DNA of 64,000 nt from Obrimoposthia wandeli (lineage: Eukaryota), in NCBI GenBank assembly GCA_977020255.1, contig CDROCS010000506.1:1364001-1428000 (forward strand). The letters run 5' to 3'. The notes under the pieces are model-generated. The model was not told where the DNA came from, ran no database searches, and worked only from the letters and a program-made list of their open reading frames with translations. Position numbers and translations under genes: made by a program. Shown here one piece after another: positions 1 to 12,317 of this stretch (position 1 is the stretch's first letter; every line of letters begins with the position of its first letter).

Positions 1-945
1 ACGGAAATAACGTGTATCAACTTTCACAATTACATCGCCTACTGAAACACCTTTCGCGTTATCACCGGTGATGCTAACCACTGTTGCGATTTCATCTACC
101 CCGACACCTGAAAATTCAAGTTCAATACCAACGTTTTCAGCTGAGATGCGTACGAATTCACGTACAGAAATTTGCTTGCCTGTTGCAATAACGAAATCGT
201 CAGCAACGTCTTGTTGTAACATCATCCACTGCATACGAACGTAGTCTTTAGCATGACCCCAATCACGTAACGCGTCCATGTTGCCAAGATATAAACATTG
301 CTCTAAACCTTGAGAAATATTGGTAATTGCGCGAGTAATTTTACGGGTTACAAATGTTTCACCACGGCGTGGTGATTCATGGTTAAACAGAATACCGTTA
401 CACGCATACATGCCGTAAGATTCACGGTAGTTTACCACAATCCAATAAGCATACATTTTTGCTACTGCATAAGGTGAACGCGGGTGGAATGGCGTTGTTT
501 CACGCTGTGGGATTTCTTGTACTTCACCGTAAAGTTCTGACGTAGAAGCTTGGTAGAATTTAGTCTTTTTCTCAAGACCTAAGAAACGAATTGCTTCAAG
601 TAGACGGAGAGTACCCATTGCATCAACATCAGCTGTGTATTCTGGACATTCAAAAGAAACTGCAACGTGTGACTGTGCGCCTAAGTTATATACTTCATCT
701 GGCTGTACATCTTTAATAATACGTGTAAGGTTTGAAGAATCAGTTAAGTCACCATAATGTAAGAAAAACTTCTGATTTTTTTCATGATTATCTTGATAGA
801 TATGATCAACACGTTCAGTGTTTAACGATGATGCACGACGTTTAATACCATGTACCTCATAGCCTTTTTCTAATAATAGTTCAGCTAAATATGAGCCATC
901 TTGGCCTGTTACACCTGTAATTAACGCGACTTTATTATTTTTCAT
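1..945 (-). CDS. gmd: GDP-mannose 4,6-dehydratase (partial, 3' end runs off window)
   Basis: Hand translation from ATG at 945: [37 protein letters not shown]...[10 protein letters not shown]...SPYAVAK...[17 protein letters not shown]; open to position 1. Absent from the ORF track because it has no stop in the window. Confidence 0.97.
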   Translation of the reverse strand, partial: MKNNKVALITGVTGQDGSYLAELLLEKGYEVHGIKRRASSLNTERVDHIYQDNHEKNQKFFLHYGDLTDSSNLTRIIKDVQPDEVYNLGAQSHVAVSFECPEYTADVDAMGTLRLLEAIRFLGLEKKTKFYQASTSELYGEVQEIPQRETTPFHPRSPYAVAKMYAYWIVVNYRESYGMYACNGILFNHESPRRGETFVTRKITRAITNISQGLEQCLYLGNMDALRDWGHAKDYVRMQWMMLQQDVADDFVIATGKQISVREFVRISAENVGIELEFSGVGVDEIATVVSITGDNAKGVSVGDVIVKVDTRYFR

Positions 946-1056
946 TTATAGACCTTTCATTTAAATTTTTACATTGTTGAATATATATAGCTTTATTTAA
1001 ATATTTTATTTAGATTACAAATCACACGAAAATTGCATTAAAAACACCGCTAGCAG

Positions 1057-1588
1057 CAGGTGAAAATCACGAAGCCTCCGCTCCCTGCAACACGGAAAAA
1101 TAATAAAGAACCCTATTCACTAAGGCTTGCGAGAACAAGTAAAAGATAGCTTTCATTCATCGCACACTTCATTCTTTTTCTTTTCACGCTAGCTTTAAAA
1201 CTTTTTTAATTTTTAAGCAGGCTCAAACTCATTTTCCTGATCCTTGCAAAACTTTCTGCTCGTTCATCTATTCTTATTCGTGAATTATCTTCTCTAAACG
1301 CTGTATTCAACGACCAATGCTTCGATTCTACCAGCCAATGAGAGCGTGTCGATTCCAATAGTGTTCTCGCATCTAACGCTTTAGAGCTAATATAAAATCT
1401 AATCGCAAGGTCATCTTTCCTGGCAGGTTCAATGTCTGTTGATCTTATCGAAACAACAATTGCCATACTTTTTAACTCTAGCCACTCAGATTCTAAATCG
1501 CCTAAAGCAGAGAAGTCTTCATTAACTAATGCCAACCTTGTTTCTTTTCTTCCTCGCGATATTTCTTGTATGCTATAAGAACTACCAT
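1057..1588 (-). mobile_element. ISAs1-family (H-repeat) remnant, 3' half only, pseudogenised
   Basis: ORF 1206-1535 has ISAs1 C-terminal motifs (RFYISS, TRSHWLVESKHWSLNTAFRED). After a premature TAA at 1206 the frame continues KSFKASVKRKRMKCAMNESYLLLVLASLSE. Candidate terminal IR CAGGTGAAAATCACGAA at 1057-1073. Truncated at 1588 by the IS3 end. Confidence 0.85.
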
Positions 1589-2926
<1,338 letters not shown>

Positions 2927-2930
2927 CGTC

Positions 2931-4146
2931 CACGGAAACAGCATGAAGAACACCGATTTCACAGGCTTCCAAGTACTTTACTTAAGTAGCTTTTATCCAT
3001 TACGCACTCCATTCTATTACGTATAATTCCGCTTTTAAATTCTTTTTCTTGTTTTAAAAGGTTCTGCTCGATCATCAACTCTGATTCTGCAAGCATCCTC
3101 TCTAAAAGCAACATAAAGCTGCCAATGCATTGATTCTACTAACCAGTGTGGTTTGCAACTCTTTTGCTCTTAAATCTTTAGAACCAATATAAAAACGCAA
3201 CGACACATCAGCCTCTACGGCATGTTCATTTTTGGCCTTATGTTGACCATTATGCCGATCGTTTTTAACGCTGATCAATCAAACTCTAAATCACCTAATA
3301 CTGATAAATCCTTGTTGATTAAAGCACAACCTGTTTCTAATCGACCGTGTAGCTTTATCATGACTAAGATGACTATCACCATCAAATGATTGTAACATTT
3401 TTGGATCGTAATAATCTTTAAATGCACGATGTAATTTATCTTAATTACCTTTCACTGCTAATAAATAGTCAGCGCTTTTATCAACTATTTTTTGCGCTAT
3501 TTTCTTTTGACAACCCATTGCATCAATAGTTATTAAACAACCTGCTATATCCAACATGTCTAGTAGCTTAGGGATCTCTGTTATTTCATTTGTTTCTCAT
3601 TAACTATATAGATACCTGATTACCCTAGAGATTTATTATAAGAGCCTCACACCGTTTACTATCAAACGGCTATTACTTGACCTTCAGTTAAATCATGGCA
3701 ATCTCGCATCCAATCAATAAAAGTTTTTGTAATACCTCGGTACTTATCATCCCCCTCACTCTAGCTATCGTATCTGCTTACGGAATTCCATCTTAAAAAT
3801 CACCATAAGTAGATAAGAAATCAAGTCGTGTTTCACCAAAATCAGAAATACCATCCCAATCATCTTGCCCGGAAATAACGGCACAAATTGTCAATAAAAT
3901 AATATCAGACAACTTATAGTTAACTTTACCATCGGGAATGACACTGAAATGCATAAAAGGATGTTTATCATTCATAATTAAGGTTCCAAATTTACGATGG
4001 AACCATTAGACAACACTGAAAACGATCTAGAAGCTGCTCCTATCATTAAACTCGATTAAAAAATCAACCGCTAATATTATGAACATTTCACTTTAGTCTA
4101 ACATCACGAAGCCTTATATCACTCGGATGTTCATGATATCTCCCTG
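2931..4146 (-). mobile_element. ISAs1-family element, near full length, multiply frameshifted
   Basis: N-terminus ORF 3793-3975 ([27 protein letters not shown]); middle ITIDAMGCQ...DYLLAVKGN at about 3430-3560; C-terminus LLKQEKEFKSGIIRNRMECVMDKSYLSKVLGSL* ends at 2959. 17-bp IRs CACGGAAACAGCATGAA (2931-2947) and TTCATGATATCTCCCTG (4130-4146) match at 13/17. Confidence 0.88.
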
Positions 4147-4156
4147 GTTTGCCCTG

Positions 4157-4957
4157 CTAACGGACAAGCTTTAAAATGAATTTTAACAAGGAAAAAATCA
4201 ATAAGAATGGCAAAATAAAAATATACAGTTTATTAAGCTTCAGTATCTTCGTATACATTTTTACCTCGCCTAACCTCATAGAAACTTTATTAGAGCTAAG
4301 CCCGCCTTGAGATAAAGGTTCTCGACCTAAAGAAGTTAAAGGTATATCAAAAAAGTACATATTATTATTGAAATAACTAAACCGTAAGAAGAAATCATGA
4401 TCTTCTGTATATCTCATAGTTTCATCAAAGCGAAATTTGAATGAATTCCTAAAAACAACGGAAGGTGTTGTGGCAAAGTTTTTAAACAAAACATTAATGA
4501 ATGTTATTTTTTTCAATACAACTTCACGTACTTTAACATTTACATTTATATCATTAAACTTTTTCACATTAATAGAACAAGAATGGCCTAAAATATCTAC
4601 ATTTGGATGTTTTTGAAATAAGCACAAAATAAATTCCAATTTTTGCTCATGGAAATAATCATCAGAATCTAAAAAAGCAATATATTGACCTGAAGACATT
4701 TCCATTCCAACATTTCGAGCCGAAGCAACACCATTATTTTCTTTATTTACTAACAAAAATGTTCTATTGCGTTTTGAATTACTCTGAATATATGACTCAA
4801 CGATTTCCCTAGAATTATCGGACGAACCATCATTAACGATGATAATTTCAACGCACTCATTAATCGTTTGATTAGAAATAGAATTTAAAGCTCTTTCAAT
4901 AGTCGCTTCAGAATTATACATCGGTATTACGACACTAAACTCAATGCTCTTAGTCAT
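4157..4957 (-). CDS. Glycosyltransferase family 2
   Basis: SVVIPMYN, VNDGSSD, ARNVG and FLDSDD GT-A motifs. Confidence 0.93.
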   Translation of the reverse strand: MTKSIEFSVVIPMYNSEATIERALNSISNQTINECVEIIIVNDGSSDNSREIVESYIQSNSKRNRTFLLVNKENNGVASARNVGMEMSSGQYIAFLDSDDYFHEQKLEFILCLFQKHPNVDILGHSCSINVKKFNDINVNVKVREVVLKKITFINVLFKNFATTPSVVFRNSFKFRFDETMRYTEDHDFFLRFSYFNNNMYFFDIPLTSLGREPLSQGGLSSNKVSMRLGEVKMYTKILKLNKLYIFILPFLLIFSLLKFILKLVR

Positions 4958-4996
4958 ACACTCATTACCCTTAAATACTTATAATTATAAGATTAT

Positions 4997-5935
4997 CTAT
5001 CCGCCAACCATATAATGATTCACGACACTCCTTTCTCCATTTATGCTTATAGACTGTGATGAAAATGAATATAACTTAGAAAGAGTAAACACTAGTAAAA
5101 TGCCACCAAGGAATACTCTATTGAACCTTATGTTTGGCAATGAACTTTTATCTAGTATAAGAGTAAAAAACAATAACCTATATCCAATAGGGATAAAAAG
5201 CAAAAGAAATGCAAATAAAATAGTTTTATAATTAAACTTTAACATGTACATCAAGAAAGCAACAAATAATGACTGAAGTATAAAAAAATAACTTTCTCTG
5301 TACAAAAAAACAGTCCCATATTTTAAATATTTAGCTAAAAACAAATAGTAAAATAAAGTTAAGAGCACGCCTAAATACAAGTACTGTTTTGGACTGAACT
5401 TTTTGTTTTTTAGGCTATTTATATAAGTAAACACTGCCGATTTGTGAAAGCCAAAACTAGCAATAACAGCCAAAAACTGGGAGTTGAAATAAAAATAAAC
5501 TATAGAAAAAATATGAATACTTAATGACTGCCTTAATGTAGAAAAATCTAAATTGATACCAATTAATGATATATAAAACACAACTAGGTATCCATTTTTC
5601 TTAGTTGCTATGTAATAGAGGCTAAAAAAAGCAAGAACACCATTAACATAATTTAAAGCATTGAAGCTAAAGCCAGAATCGCTAAACGAAGTAAACAACA
5701 ATACAAATGCAAAGTCAGAAAATGAAGAAAAAACTTCAATAAATGATAGGTTACGTTCATATATAGCTATGTAGAAGAAGGTATCAGCACCACTTCCCCC
5801 CTTAAAAGCGATCAGGCTAGAATATATAAATATTGAAAACGCACGGATTACGTTCTTTGTTATTAACCCCTTAATAAACTCCGCTAAGACTAAAAATACA
5901 CACGAAGTTAAAATTAAAATAAAAAAATAATTCAT
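4997..5935 (-). CDS. wzy: Polysaccharide polymerase (Wzy/EpsG-like membrane protein)
   Basis: Highly hydrophobic 312 aa with GxDxxxY, STLRQSLS and FHKSA motifs typical of EpsG-like polymerases; position in a wzx/wza-wzc locus. Confidence 0.75.
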   Translation of the reverse strand: MNYFFILILTSCVFLVLAEFIKGLITKNVIRAFSIFIYSSLIAFKGGSGADTFFYIAIYERNLSFIEVFSSFSDFAFVLLFTSFSDSGFSFNALNYVNGVLAFFSLYYIATKKNGYLVVFYISLIGINLDFSTLRQSLSIHIFSIVYFYFNSQFLAVIASFGFHKSAVFTYINSLKNKKFSPKQYLYLGVLLTLFYYLFLAKYLKYGTVFLYRESYFFILQSLFVAFLMYMLKFNYKTILFAFLLLFIPIGYRLLFFTLILDKSSLPNIRFNRVFLGGILLVFTLSKLYSFSSQSISINGERSVVNHYMVGG

Positions 5936-6711
5936 TTTAGATTATTTCTTGGTTTCAGTTTGAAATTTAACACTCCACCAATAAAATACTTAGTATAAAT
6001 TCTTAAATCATAAATAAACCGATCTTTTAAAGGTATTTGTATATTCAACTCATTTCTGAGGTTAATAACTTCATTCCTAACCTTAAGAATATGCTTAGGG
6101 TTAGTACTTACCCCAAGGTACTCCATATTTGAAACATCGACATCGACGTACAAAATATTTGAATCTTCGATTGCGTTTAATAAAAACTTAGTGTCGGCGG
6201 CTATTTTATAAGATGAATCAAATACAACATCACTTTTGAATAAAGATTTATGTTGGAATACTCCTTGGTGGCAGGGTAAAGCAGGTCTTCCATTCCTTAG
6301 GTCATCATGATCAATTTCTAAAAACTTCTTTAAGGGGGTATCGTTTTTATCAACTAATATCACGTTACCATAATATAATGTTCTAAACTCAGTATCACTT
6401 ATTATTTTTTGACACATTTCATTAAAACCAGGCGCTAGTAACTCATCACCCGCACCTAAAAACACAACCCAATCACCAGATATATATTTTGTCGATTTAT
6501 TCCAAGCATCATATATTCCACTATCCTTTTCAGATACCAAAGTATCAATTATATCTGCTTGTGAATGCAAATATTCAAGAGTCCCATCCGTAGAACCTCC
6601 ATCGATGATAATCCACTGCATATTACAAGAAAAAACACTACGAATAGAGTTAGCCGTTTTGATTACTTCATCTTTACAATTCAATGTCGATGTGATTATA
6701 GTTATTTTCAT
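5932..6711 (-). CDS. Glycosyltransferase family 2 (WcaE-like)
   Basis: IIIDGGSTDGT, SEKDSGIYDAWNK, FLGAGD, PCHQG motifs. Confidence 0.9.
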   Translation of the reverse strand: MKITIITSTLNCKDEVIKTANSIRSVFSCNMQWIIIDGGSTDGTLEYLHSQADIIDTLVSEKDSGIYDAWNKSTKYISGDWVVFLGAGDELLAPGFNEMCQKIISDTEFRTLYYGNVILVDKNDTPLKKFLEIDHDDLRNGRPALPCHQGVFQHKSLFKSDVVFDSSYKIAADTKFLLNAIEDSNILYVDVDVSNMEYLGVSTNPKHILKVRNEVINLRNELNIQIPLKDRFIYDLRIYTKYFIGGVLNFKLKPRNNLK

Positions 6712-7314
6712 TTATTCACTTATTTCTTTTATTAATCGGATAGGGTTGCCACCCCAGATTTGATTTGGTGGTATAGATTTTGAAACTAAAGAGCCTGCAC
6801 CAATGACACTATTACAACCTATTTCTACACCTTTTAATATGATACAGCCTGTACCAATAAAAACGTCATCTCCGATAATAACTGGTTTTGACTCACCGTT
6901 ATCATCTTTATCCAACCTCTTTAAGCGATCTAACGAGTGAAAATCGGTATCATAGATCTTACAATCGCCTCCGATAAAAACCCGATTTCCGATGAGTATA
7001 GAATTAGTACAAAATATTGCAGAATTAGATATACCAACACTATCTGAAATATTTAACGTCCCATTTTTAGTAACAACTATGGAAGAAAAAGACATGCCAC
7101 CGATGGGATTAGAAGCATAGCTAGAATTAATCGTGACATTGCTCCCCAAGGTAAGGGTACCAAAGTTTCTTAAAAAGATTTTTCCCTCTATTTTAAAATT
7201 TGGATGATAATTAACTTTAAATAATTTCAGAAAAAAAATATTGTAAGCATAATCTATTCTTTTGGAAAATTCTTTAAATAATCCAAAAGAAAATTTTATT
7301 ATATAAAAAATCAT
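6712..7314 (-). CDS. Hexapeptide-repeat (LbH) acyltransferase
   Basis: IYDTDFH, VIIGDDVFIGTGCIILKGVEIG, IWGGNP. Confidence 0.88.
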   Translation of the reverse strand: MIFYIIKFSFGLFKEFSKRIDYAYNIFFLKLFKVNYHPNFKIEGKIFLRNFGTLTLGSNVTINSSYASNPIGGMSFSSIVVTKNGTLNISDSVGISNSAIFCTNSILIGNRVFIGGDCKIYDTDFHSLDRLKRLDKDDNGESKPVIIGDDVFIGTGCIILKGVEIGCNSVIGAGSLVSKSIPPNQIWGGNPIRLIKEISE

Positions 7315-7317
7315 TAG

Positions 7318-7971
7318 TTATTTCTCTAGTATTTTTAATTGTTCGATATCTATTAGTGCACTCGAATTTTTCTTTAACCAGGATATATCTTTAGTCCACC
7401 ATTTGATTCTTAATAGATACTCAATCGTATCTTGGTCATATCGGTACTTTATTATCTTTGCAGGAACACCACCAACGATAGCATATGGAGGAATATCTTT
7501 AGTAACAATGGCACCAGCCATAACAATGGCTCCGTCACCAATTTTAACACCACCTATAATTAAAGATCTGTCACCTAACCAACAATCATTACCAATTATG
7601 GCTGGCTTAGAATCTGTTAGGAACTCGTTAAATAGTTGTTCTTTAACAAAGGATTCTCCCGCTTGACCCAATAATGAGTAAAAAATAGGGCTTGTTGTTG
7701 CAAATGGAATTGTATATGGGTGAGTACCAGTAATAACTTTCACATCAGGTCCAATTGAAGTAAATCGACCTATATTTCCTGATATTGTTGAACGAGGTCC
7801 TATATATGAACCTAATCCAAGGTTTCCATCAAAGTTACAATTCGGATGTAACTTATTAATACCACCAAATTTAGATCTTAAGCTAACGCAAGCTGATATA
7901 GAAAAGACAACTCGACTACGATACTTACACTTTAATATTAATACTTTAATAATACGCTTAATTAAATACAC
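7318..7971 (-). CDS. CatB/Vat-like LbH O-acetyltransferase
   Basis: IGRFTSIG, IGNDCWLG, VTKDIPPYAIVGGVPAKIIKYRY, WW motif. Confidence 0.88.
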   Translation of the reverse strand: MYLIKRIIKVLILKCKYRSRVVFSISACVSLRSKFGGINKLHPNCNFDGNLGLGSYIGPRSTISGNIGRFTSIGPDVKVITGTHPYTIPFATTSPIFYSLLGQAGESFVKEQLFNEFLTDSKPAIIGNDCWLGDRSLIIGGVKIGDGAIVMAGAIVTKDIPPYAIVGGVPAKIIKYRYDQDTIEYLLRIKWWTKDISWLKKNSSALIDIEQLKILEK

Positions 7972-7979
7972 TAGATGCT

Positions 7980-8855
7980 CTACTTGTTATTGACATAATC
8001 TAAAAGTTTGACATATAAAGCAAACATCAATAAAAAGTTATGTTTTTTTATTAATGATAATACGTTCCTTATCCCTCCCGCCTTTATACGCCGAGTTATT
8101 TCGCTATATAAAGTTCTGCTTTTTATGTAGCTTTCATATTTCCCACTTTCAAATATATTTATAGTATAAAGCCAATCCTTCTCTCTAGTCGGAATATTAC
8201 TACTTAGTGAGTTAAATTCTTGCTTATAAGAAAATAAAACTTTATCAATAAAAACAACTTTTTTTCCTTTAAGCAATCTTAGAATAAAATCCATATCTTC
8301 ATAATATGACAATTGTGGGTTAAAATAATCAAACCCAATCAATTTACTTTTATTAAATAATAAAGTTCCTGTACGAGTCATGAACTTATTCTTCCAAATT
8401 AACTCAATAGGATTATCAATAATCTCAGGCAACAAGGGCTCACAGAATCGACTACGGACCAATTCACATTCATTCTCAACTCGAAAATCACAACAAAAAA
8501 TTATTTCATTCTCTTTTTGGACAATAGCCTCAGAAAAACATTCAAGACAGTTATTGTCAATAATGTCATCACCATCAAGTAAAAAAACGTAATCATATTT
8601 TGACTCTTTAATCCCATCATTCCTAGCGCTTGATACACCTGAATTTTCTTTACTTATCACTCTGATACGGTCATCGACAATTTCATTAACAATTTCTAAG
8701 CTGCTATCTGTTGAACCATCGTTAATAATTAAAATCTCGAAGTTACTATACGTTTGGTTAAGGACTGAATTGATGGTATTTTTTATTGATAGCTCTTTAT
8801 TATAAAGAGGGATTACGACTGATATTTGAGGCTGACTCATAGGATCGATCACCAT
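7980..8855 (-). CDS. Glycosyltransferase family 2
   Basis: SVVIPLYNKE, INDGSTD, ARNDG, LLDGDD. Confidence 0.92.
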   Translation of the reverse strand: MVIDPMSQPQISVVIPLYNKELSIKNTINSVLNQTYSNFEILIINDGSTDSSLEIVNEIVDDRIRVISKENSGVSSARNDGIKESKYDYVFLLDGDDIIDNNCLECFSEAIVQKENEIIFCCDFRVENECELVRSRFCEPLLPEIIDNPIELIWKNKFMTRTGTLLFNKSKLIGFDYFNPQLSYYEDMDFILRLLKGKKVVFIDKVLFSYKQEFNSLSSNIPTREKDWLYTINIFESGKYESYIKSRTLYSEITRRIKAGGIRNVLSLIKKHNFLLMFALYVKLLDYVNNK

Positions 8856-8858
8856 AAA

Positions 8859-10076
8859 TTAGTTAACACTTAGCTTTAATGATATTAAATACACTCTAAA
8901 AATCATCGCAACATGAACAATTAAACTTAAAAAAGAAAACAAGATAATACCTAAATAAACATTGTTAAAATAACCGCCTACAGCATATGACAATATCGTT
9001 AGACTTAAAATCAAGATATTAAAATACAGCAACTCCTTTTGTTTTTCACCTATAACAAAAAGACTAAAGAATGGGGAGAATGATATTAAAGCAAACATGT
9101 AGGGTATTAGGCATTTTATTATATCTCCTGCTATTTTATATTCTTCACCAAACAAAAGCACTATAAAGAACTCAGAGAAAAAGTATGCAAGCACTGAAAT
9201 TACAAAGCCCATTATAATCGTTAATTTCAAATTTAAAAGTAAGTTATCTTTTGTTTTACTTCTATTATTGACAACGAGAGTAGTAAATAGCTGAGCTATC
9301 GTAGAAGAAAAAACTGAAATAGGACTTAATATTATCCTTAAACTAGCCCCATAAAACCCAGCCATTTCGCTAGAGTATAACTTTTCTATAATTATAGTTG
9401 GAGATCTAATAGTCAAAGAGTTAACCAGTTCTGCGACCATTTTCTGTAGAGGTAAATTCTTATACCTCTTTATGAACTGCCAGTGACCATTTAAGTTAAT
9501 GCTTTTAATTATAAAAAGTATACCTACGTTCCTTTGAATAAAGTACCAAAAGAAAAAGACAGATATAACAAAAAAACCATAGGCATTAATTTTGAGCATC
9601 ATTTCAGAGTTTAATAAATCATAAGTCGAATATAGAAAAAATATGGTCAGAGGGACTAAAAGCACAGCAAAACATTCCCAAATAGCAAGCTGTAATACCT
9701 TTTCATTAATTACAGCAAAGGTTCTGGCTAATACCTTAATCCCAGAAGAAAAAACAAAAATGCTAATCAATAGCGCATTATTTACTGATAAAATGGATAA
9801 AGAAAATAAAATGATTAAACTGGAAAGAAGAACATAAACCAGTACATTCCCGACAATAGAAGGACTATTATTTTTATCTTCATCAATATAAAGAGCTTGC
9901 TCATAAAATCCCGAACTCAAAATACTAATAACACCCGCGATGGATAAATAAACCATGTACTGACCGATTAGTTCAGGAGATACCACTTTAGTTACAAGAA
10001 GAAATCCAAGCATTGATAGCACTTGGGACAGGATATTGATAACTGTTATTGTGACTACATTGTTCAAAAAAAACAC
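8859..10076 (-). CDS. wzx: Oligosaccharide flippase
   Basis: About 12 hydrophobic segments, FIKRYKNLP and AGFYG motifs, polysaccharide-locus context. Confidence 0.82.
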   Translation of the reverse strand: MFFLNNVVTITVINILSQVLSMLGFLLVTKVVSPELIGQYMVYLSIAGVISILSSGFYEQALYIDEDKNNSPSIVGNVLVYVLLSSLIILFSLSILSVNNALLISIFVFSSGIKVLARTFAVINEKVLQLAIWECFAVLLVPLTIFFLYSTYDLLNSEMMLKINAYGFFVISVFFFWYFIQRNVGILFIIKSINLNGHWQFIKRYKNLPLQKMVAELVNSLTIRSPTIIIEKLYSSEMAGFYGASLRIILSPISVFSSTIAQLFTTLVVNNRSKTKDNLLLNLKLTIIMGFVISVLAYFFSEFFIVLLFGEEYKIAGDIIKCLIPYMFALISFSPFFSLFVIGEKQKELLYFNILILSLTILSYAVGGYFNNVYLGIILFSFLSLIVHVAMIFRVYLISLKLSVN

Positions 10077-10077
10077 C

Positions 10078-10764
10078 TTATAGTCTAGATTTTAGAAAAA
10101 AAGTCTTATTCTTCATTATTATTTCATGGCTCCAATTCCACCACTGTGACTCTTCTAAATCATTAATAACTTCATCGCTGAATCTTTTTTTCAAAAAACG
10201 AGCTGGGTTCCCAGCAACGATTGTATATTTTTCTACATCTTTTGTAACGATACTGCCAGCAGCAATCACAGCTCCCCGACCAATTTTCACCCCACTTAAT
10301 ATAACTGAATTAGAGCCAACCCAAACATCCTCTCCTATTTCAACATCGCCTTTACTTGACATATCAAGAGATACATTTCCATCAAACATATCACGAGACA
10401 TAAAATATATTGAGGCTCTGTCTAACCTATGATCACTATCTTGAATTGAAACATTCTGCCCAATAGCGGTAAAATTTCCAATTGTAATACGACTATTAAC
10501 TGAACTTAATATTGTTCCACTTCCAAAAATACAAACGTAGTCACCAATTAAAATGTTACCCATACAAACACATCTGTATAGTTTACATCTATTACCAACG
10601 CTATTAACGTATATATTTGATTCTACTATTTCAGTGCCTAATCCAATATCCCCACGTATTGATATATTGGATTTCAAATCAATTCTTCTTTGACTCAAGT
10701 TATAACGTAAATAGTAAAAAACTTTTTTACCTATTTTTCGAATAAAGTTCTTAACCATTATCAC
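10078..10764 (-). CDS. CatB/Vat-like LbH O-acetyltransferase
   Basis: IGNFTAIGQNV, IGEDVWVG, VTKDVEKYTIVAGNPARFLKKRF, QWW. Confidence 0.88.
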   Translation of the reverse strand: MIMVKNFIRKIGKKVFYYLRYNLSQRRIDLKSNISIRGDIGLGTEIVESNIYVNSVGNRCKLYRCVCMGNILIGDYVCIFGSGTILSSVNSRITIGNFTAIGQNVSIQDSDHRLDRASIYFMSRDMFDGNVSLDMSSKGDVEIGEDVWVGSNSVILSGVKIGRGAVIAAGSIVTKDVEKYTIVAGNPARFLKKRFSDEVINDLEESQWWNWSHEIIMKNKTFFLKSRL

Positions 10765-12317
10765 ATATCTCCATCAGTGTTAAAATTTGATAAATATAAA
10801 TCAACAATGCTTTCAACATCCTGCTTAGTTTCTAAACTAATATTGGTTTGATTAAGTGCATGCTTTTCACTTTCAACCATCAATTTTAAAAATGATATTT
10901 TTTTACCACATTCAGTGATTGTTTTTAAATATGCAGCTTGAGAATAAATATTTTCTTGTTTGTAATTCTTAAAATCATTAATCAACAATGGTAAATCTTC
11001 AAATGATTTTACTTTCGTTACATTATCTAACACTTCAAAATATGCATTACCAAACATAAGAGATGGCTTTCCACAGAATGATGCTTCGAACGCGCTGGTA
11101 CCAGACAAAGTAATAACCCCTTTAGATTTTAATATCCATGGTTTCGGATCATTATAACAATCTAAACGAACCAATCTAACATTTGTTAATTTTTTCAATT
11201 GTCTGTAAAAGCTTAATGGGCGCTCTCCAATCATTGCACCATGTTCTTTTATATAAAGTTTCCAACCAACGGGAAGAGCCTTAGATACGGCTTCAATAAC
11301 TGATAGCTCATTTGGATAAAATGGTGATTTATTAAGAGTTGTTGATTCTGGAATTAGATGCAAAGGAAAATATACATAAGGTTCATCTTTATCTATAATA
11401 TTCTCAAAAAAATCACTACGATGACTTAATAAATATCGTTCTCTACTAAACCATAATACAAAAAACAATATAGATTTCATCGGGTTTGCCAAAGTAGGAA
11501 CATTCTTATTCCTATACCAAATAGGTATAGTAGGCATCAGATACCTCACAGCTCCGATTAGTCTTTTAATGTCTTTAATTATTGAATTAGATTTCTTTTT
11601 TGCTGTATTATTTAATTTATAACTATCAGCCATTATACTTTCCTTTTTTGAGAAAGCATTGACCTCTTCAATATACGATTCATCTATTTCAGCATTGTAA
11701 TTAAAGTTGTATTTTTCTACAAAATAATCATCCGTTTTTCGGCCTAGGTTATAAGTCGGTAATAAAATATCATTATAACGACTAAACTCTATTGAAACAT
11801 ATTTAACACCATGTATATTACATATTCTATGTAATATACTGCGACCAATTTCAGATATATCTACATCACAGACCATATCATAATCATTCTTTTCCACTAA
11901 TTCAATTAAATATTCAAAAAGCAATTGTATCCAATATAGCTTTTGAATTTCTGACATTGGTTTAAAAAAGAAACGATAATGATATTGAGTTGTAAATAAC
12001 TGAGATGATATTTGCAATAAGGATAGTGGTATATTTTCACAATATTTTTCTTCAAGATATGTCAAATAATCATAATCAATATGAGTATCAATATTTTTTA
12101 AATTTTTTGTATATGTATCAAAAACACTTGAAAATGTATGTACTAGTGTTTCTTTATTCATTTCGATAAATGTTGTATAGCTAGGATCTTTTAATAAAAT
12201 CTCTGATGAATGAATAAATATAGCTTCTGTAGAATATCCTCTATCTAAAAATTCATTATTAATAAAGTTCATAGGATATGTGTAAGTTTCTTTACACACT
12301 AGCAATACTTTTTTCAT
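10761..12317 (-). CDS. Capsule_synth/KpsS-like protein, candidate nonulosonic-acid transferase
   Basis: C-terminal YVYFPLHLIPES, IKEHG, VITLSGTSAFEA motifs of the KpsS/Capsule_synth family; overlaps the pseI stop. Confidence 0.65.
   Translation of the reverse strand: MKKVLLVCKETYTYPMNFINNEFLDRGYSTEAIFIHSSEILLKDPSYTTFIEMNKETLVHTFSSVFDTYTKNLKNIDTHIDYDYLTYLEEKYCENIPLSLLQISSQLFTTQYHYRFFFKPMSEIQKLYWIQLLFEYLIELVEKNDYDMVCDVDISEIGRSILHRICNIHGVKYVSIEFSRYNDILLPTYNLGRKTDDYFVEKYNFNYNAEIDESYIEEVNAFSKKESIMADSYKLNNTAKKKSNSIIKDIKRLIGAVRYLMPTIPIWYRNKNVPTLANPMKSILFFVLWFSRERYLLSHRSDFFENIIDKDEPYVYFPLHLIPESTTLNKSPFYPNELSVIEAVSKALPVGWKLYIKEHGAMIGERPLSFYRQLKKLTNVRLVRLDCYNDPKPWILKSKGVITLSGTSAFEASFCGKPSLMFGNAYFEVLDNVTKVKSFEDLPLLINDFKNYKQENIYSQAAYLKTITECGKKISFLKLMVESEKHALNQTNISLETKQDVESIVDLYLSNFNTDGDM

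Noticed and set aside
7318-10764. CatB/Vat antibiotic-resistance genes
   Set aside because: Same LbH fold, but embedded in a polysaccharide operon; sugar O-acetylation is the simpler explanation.
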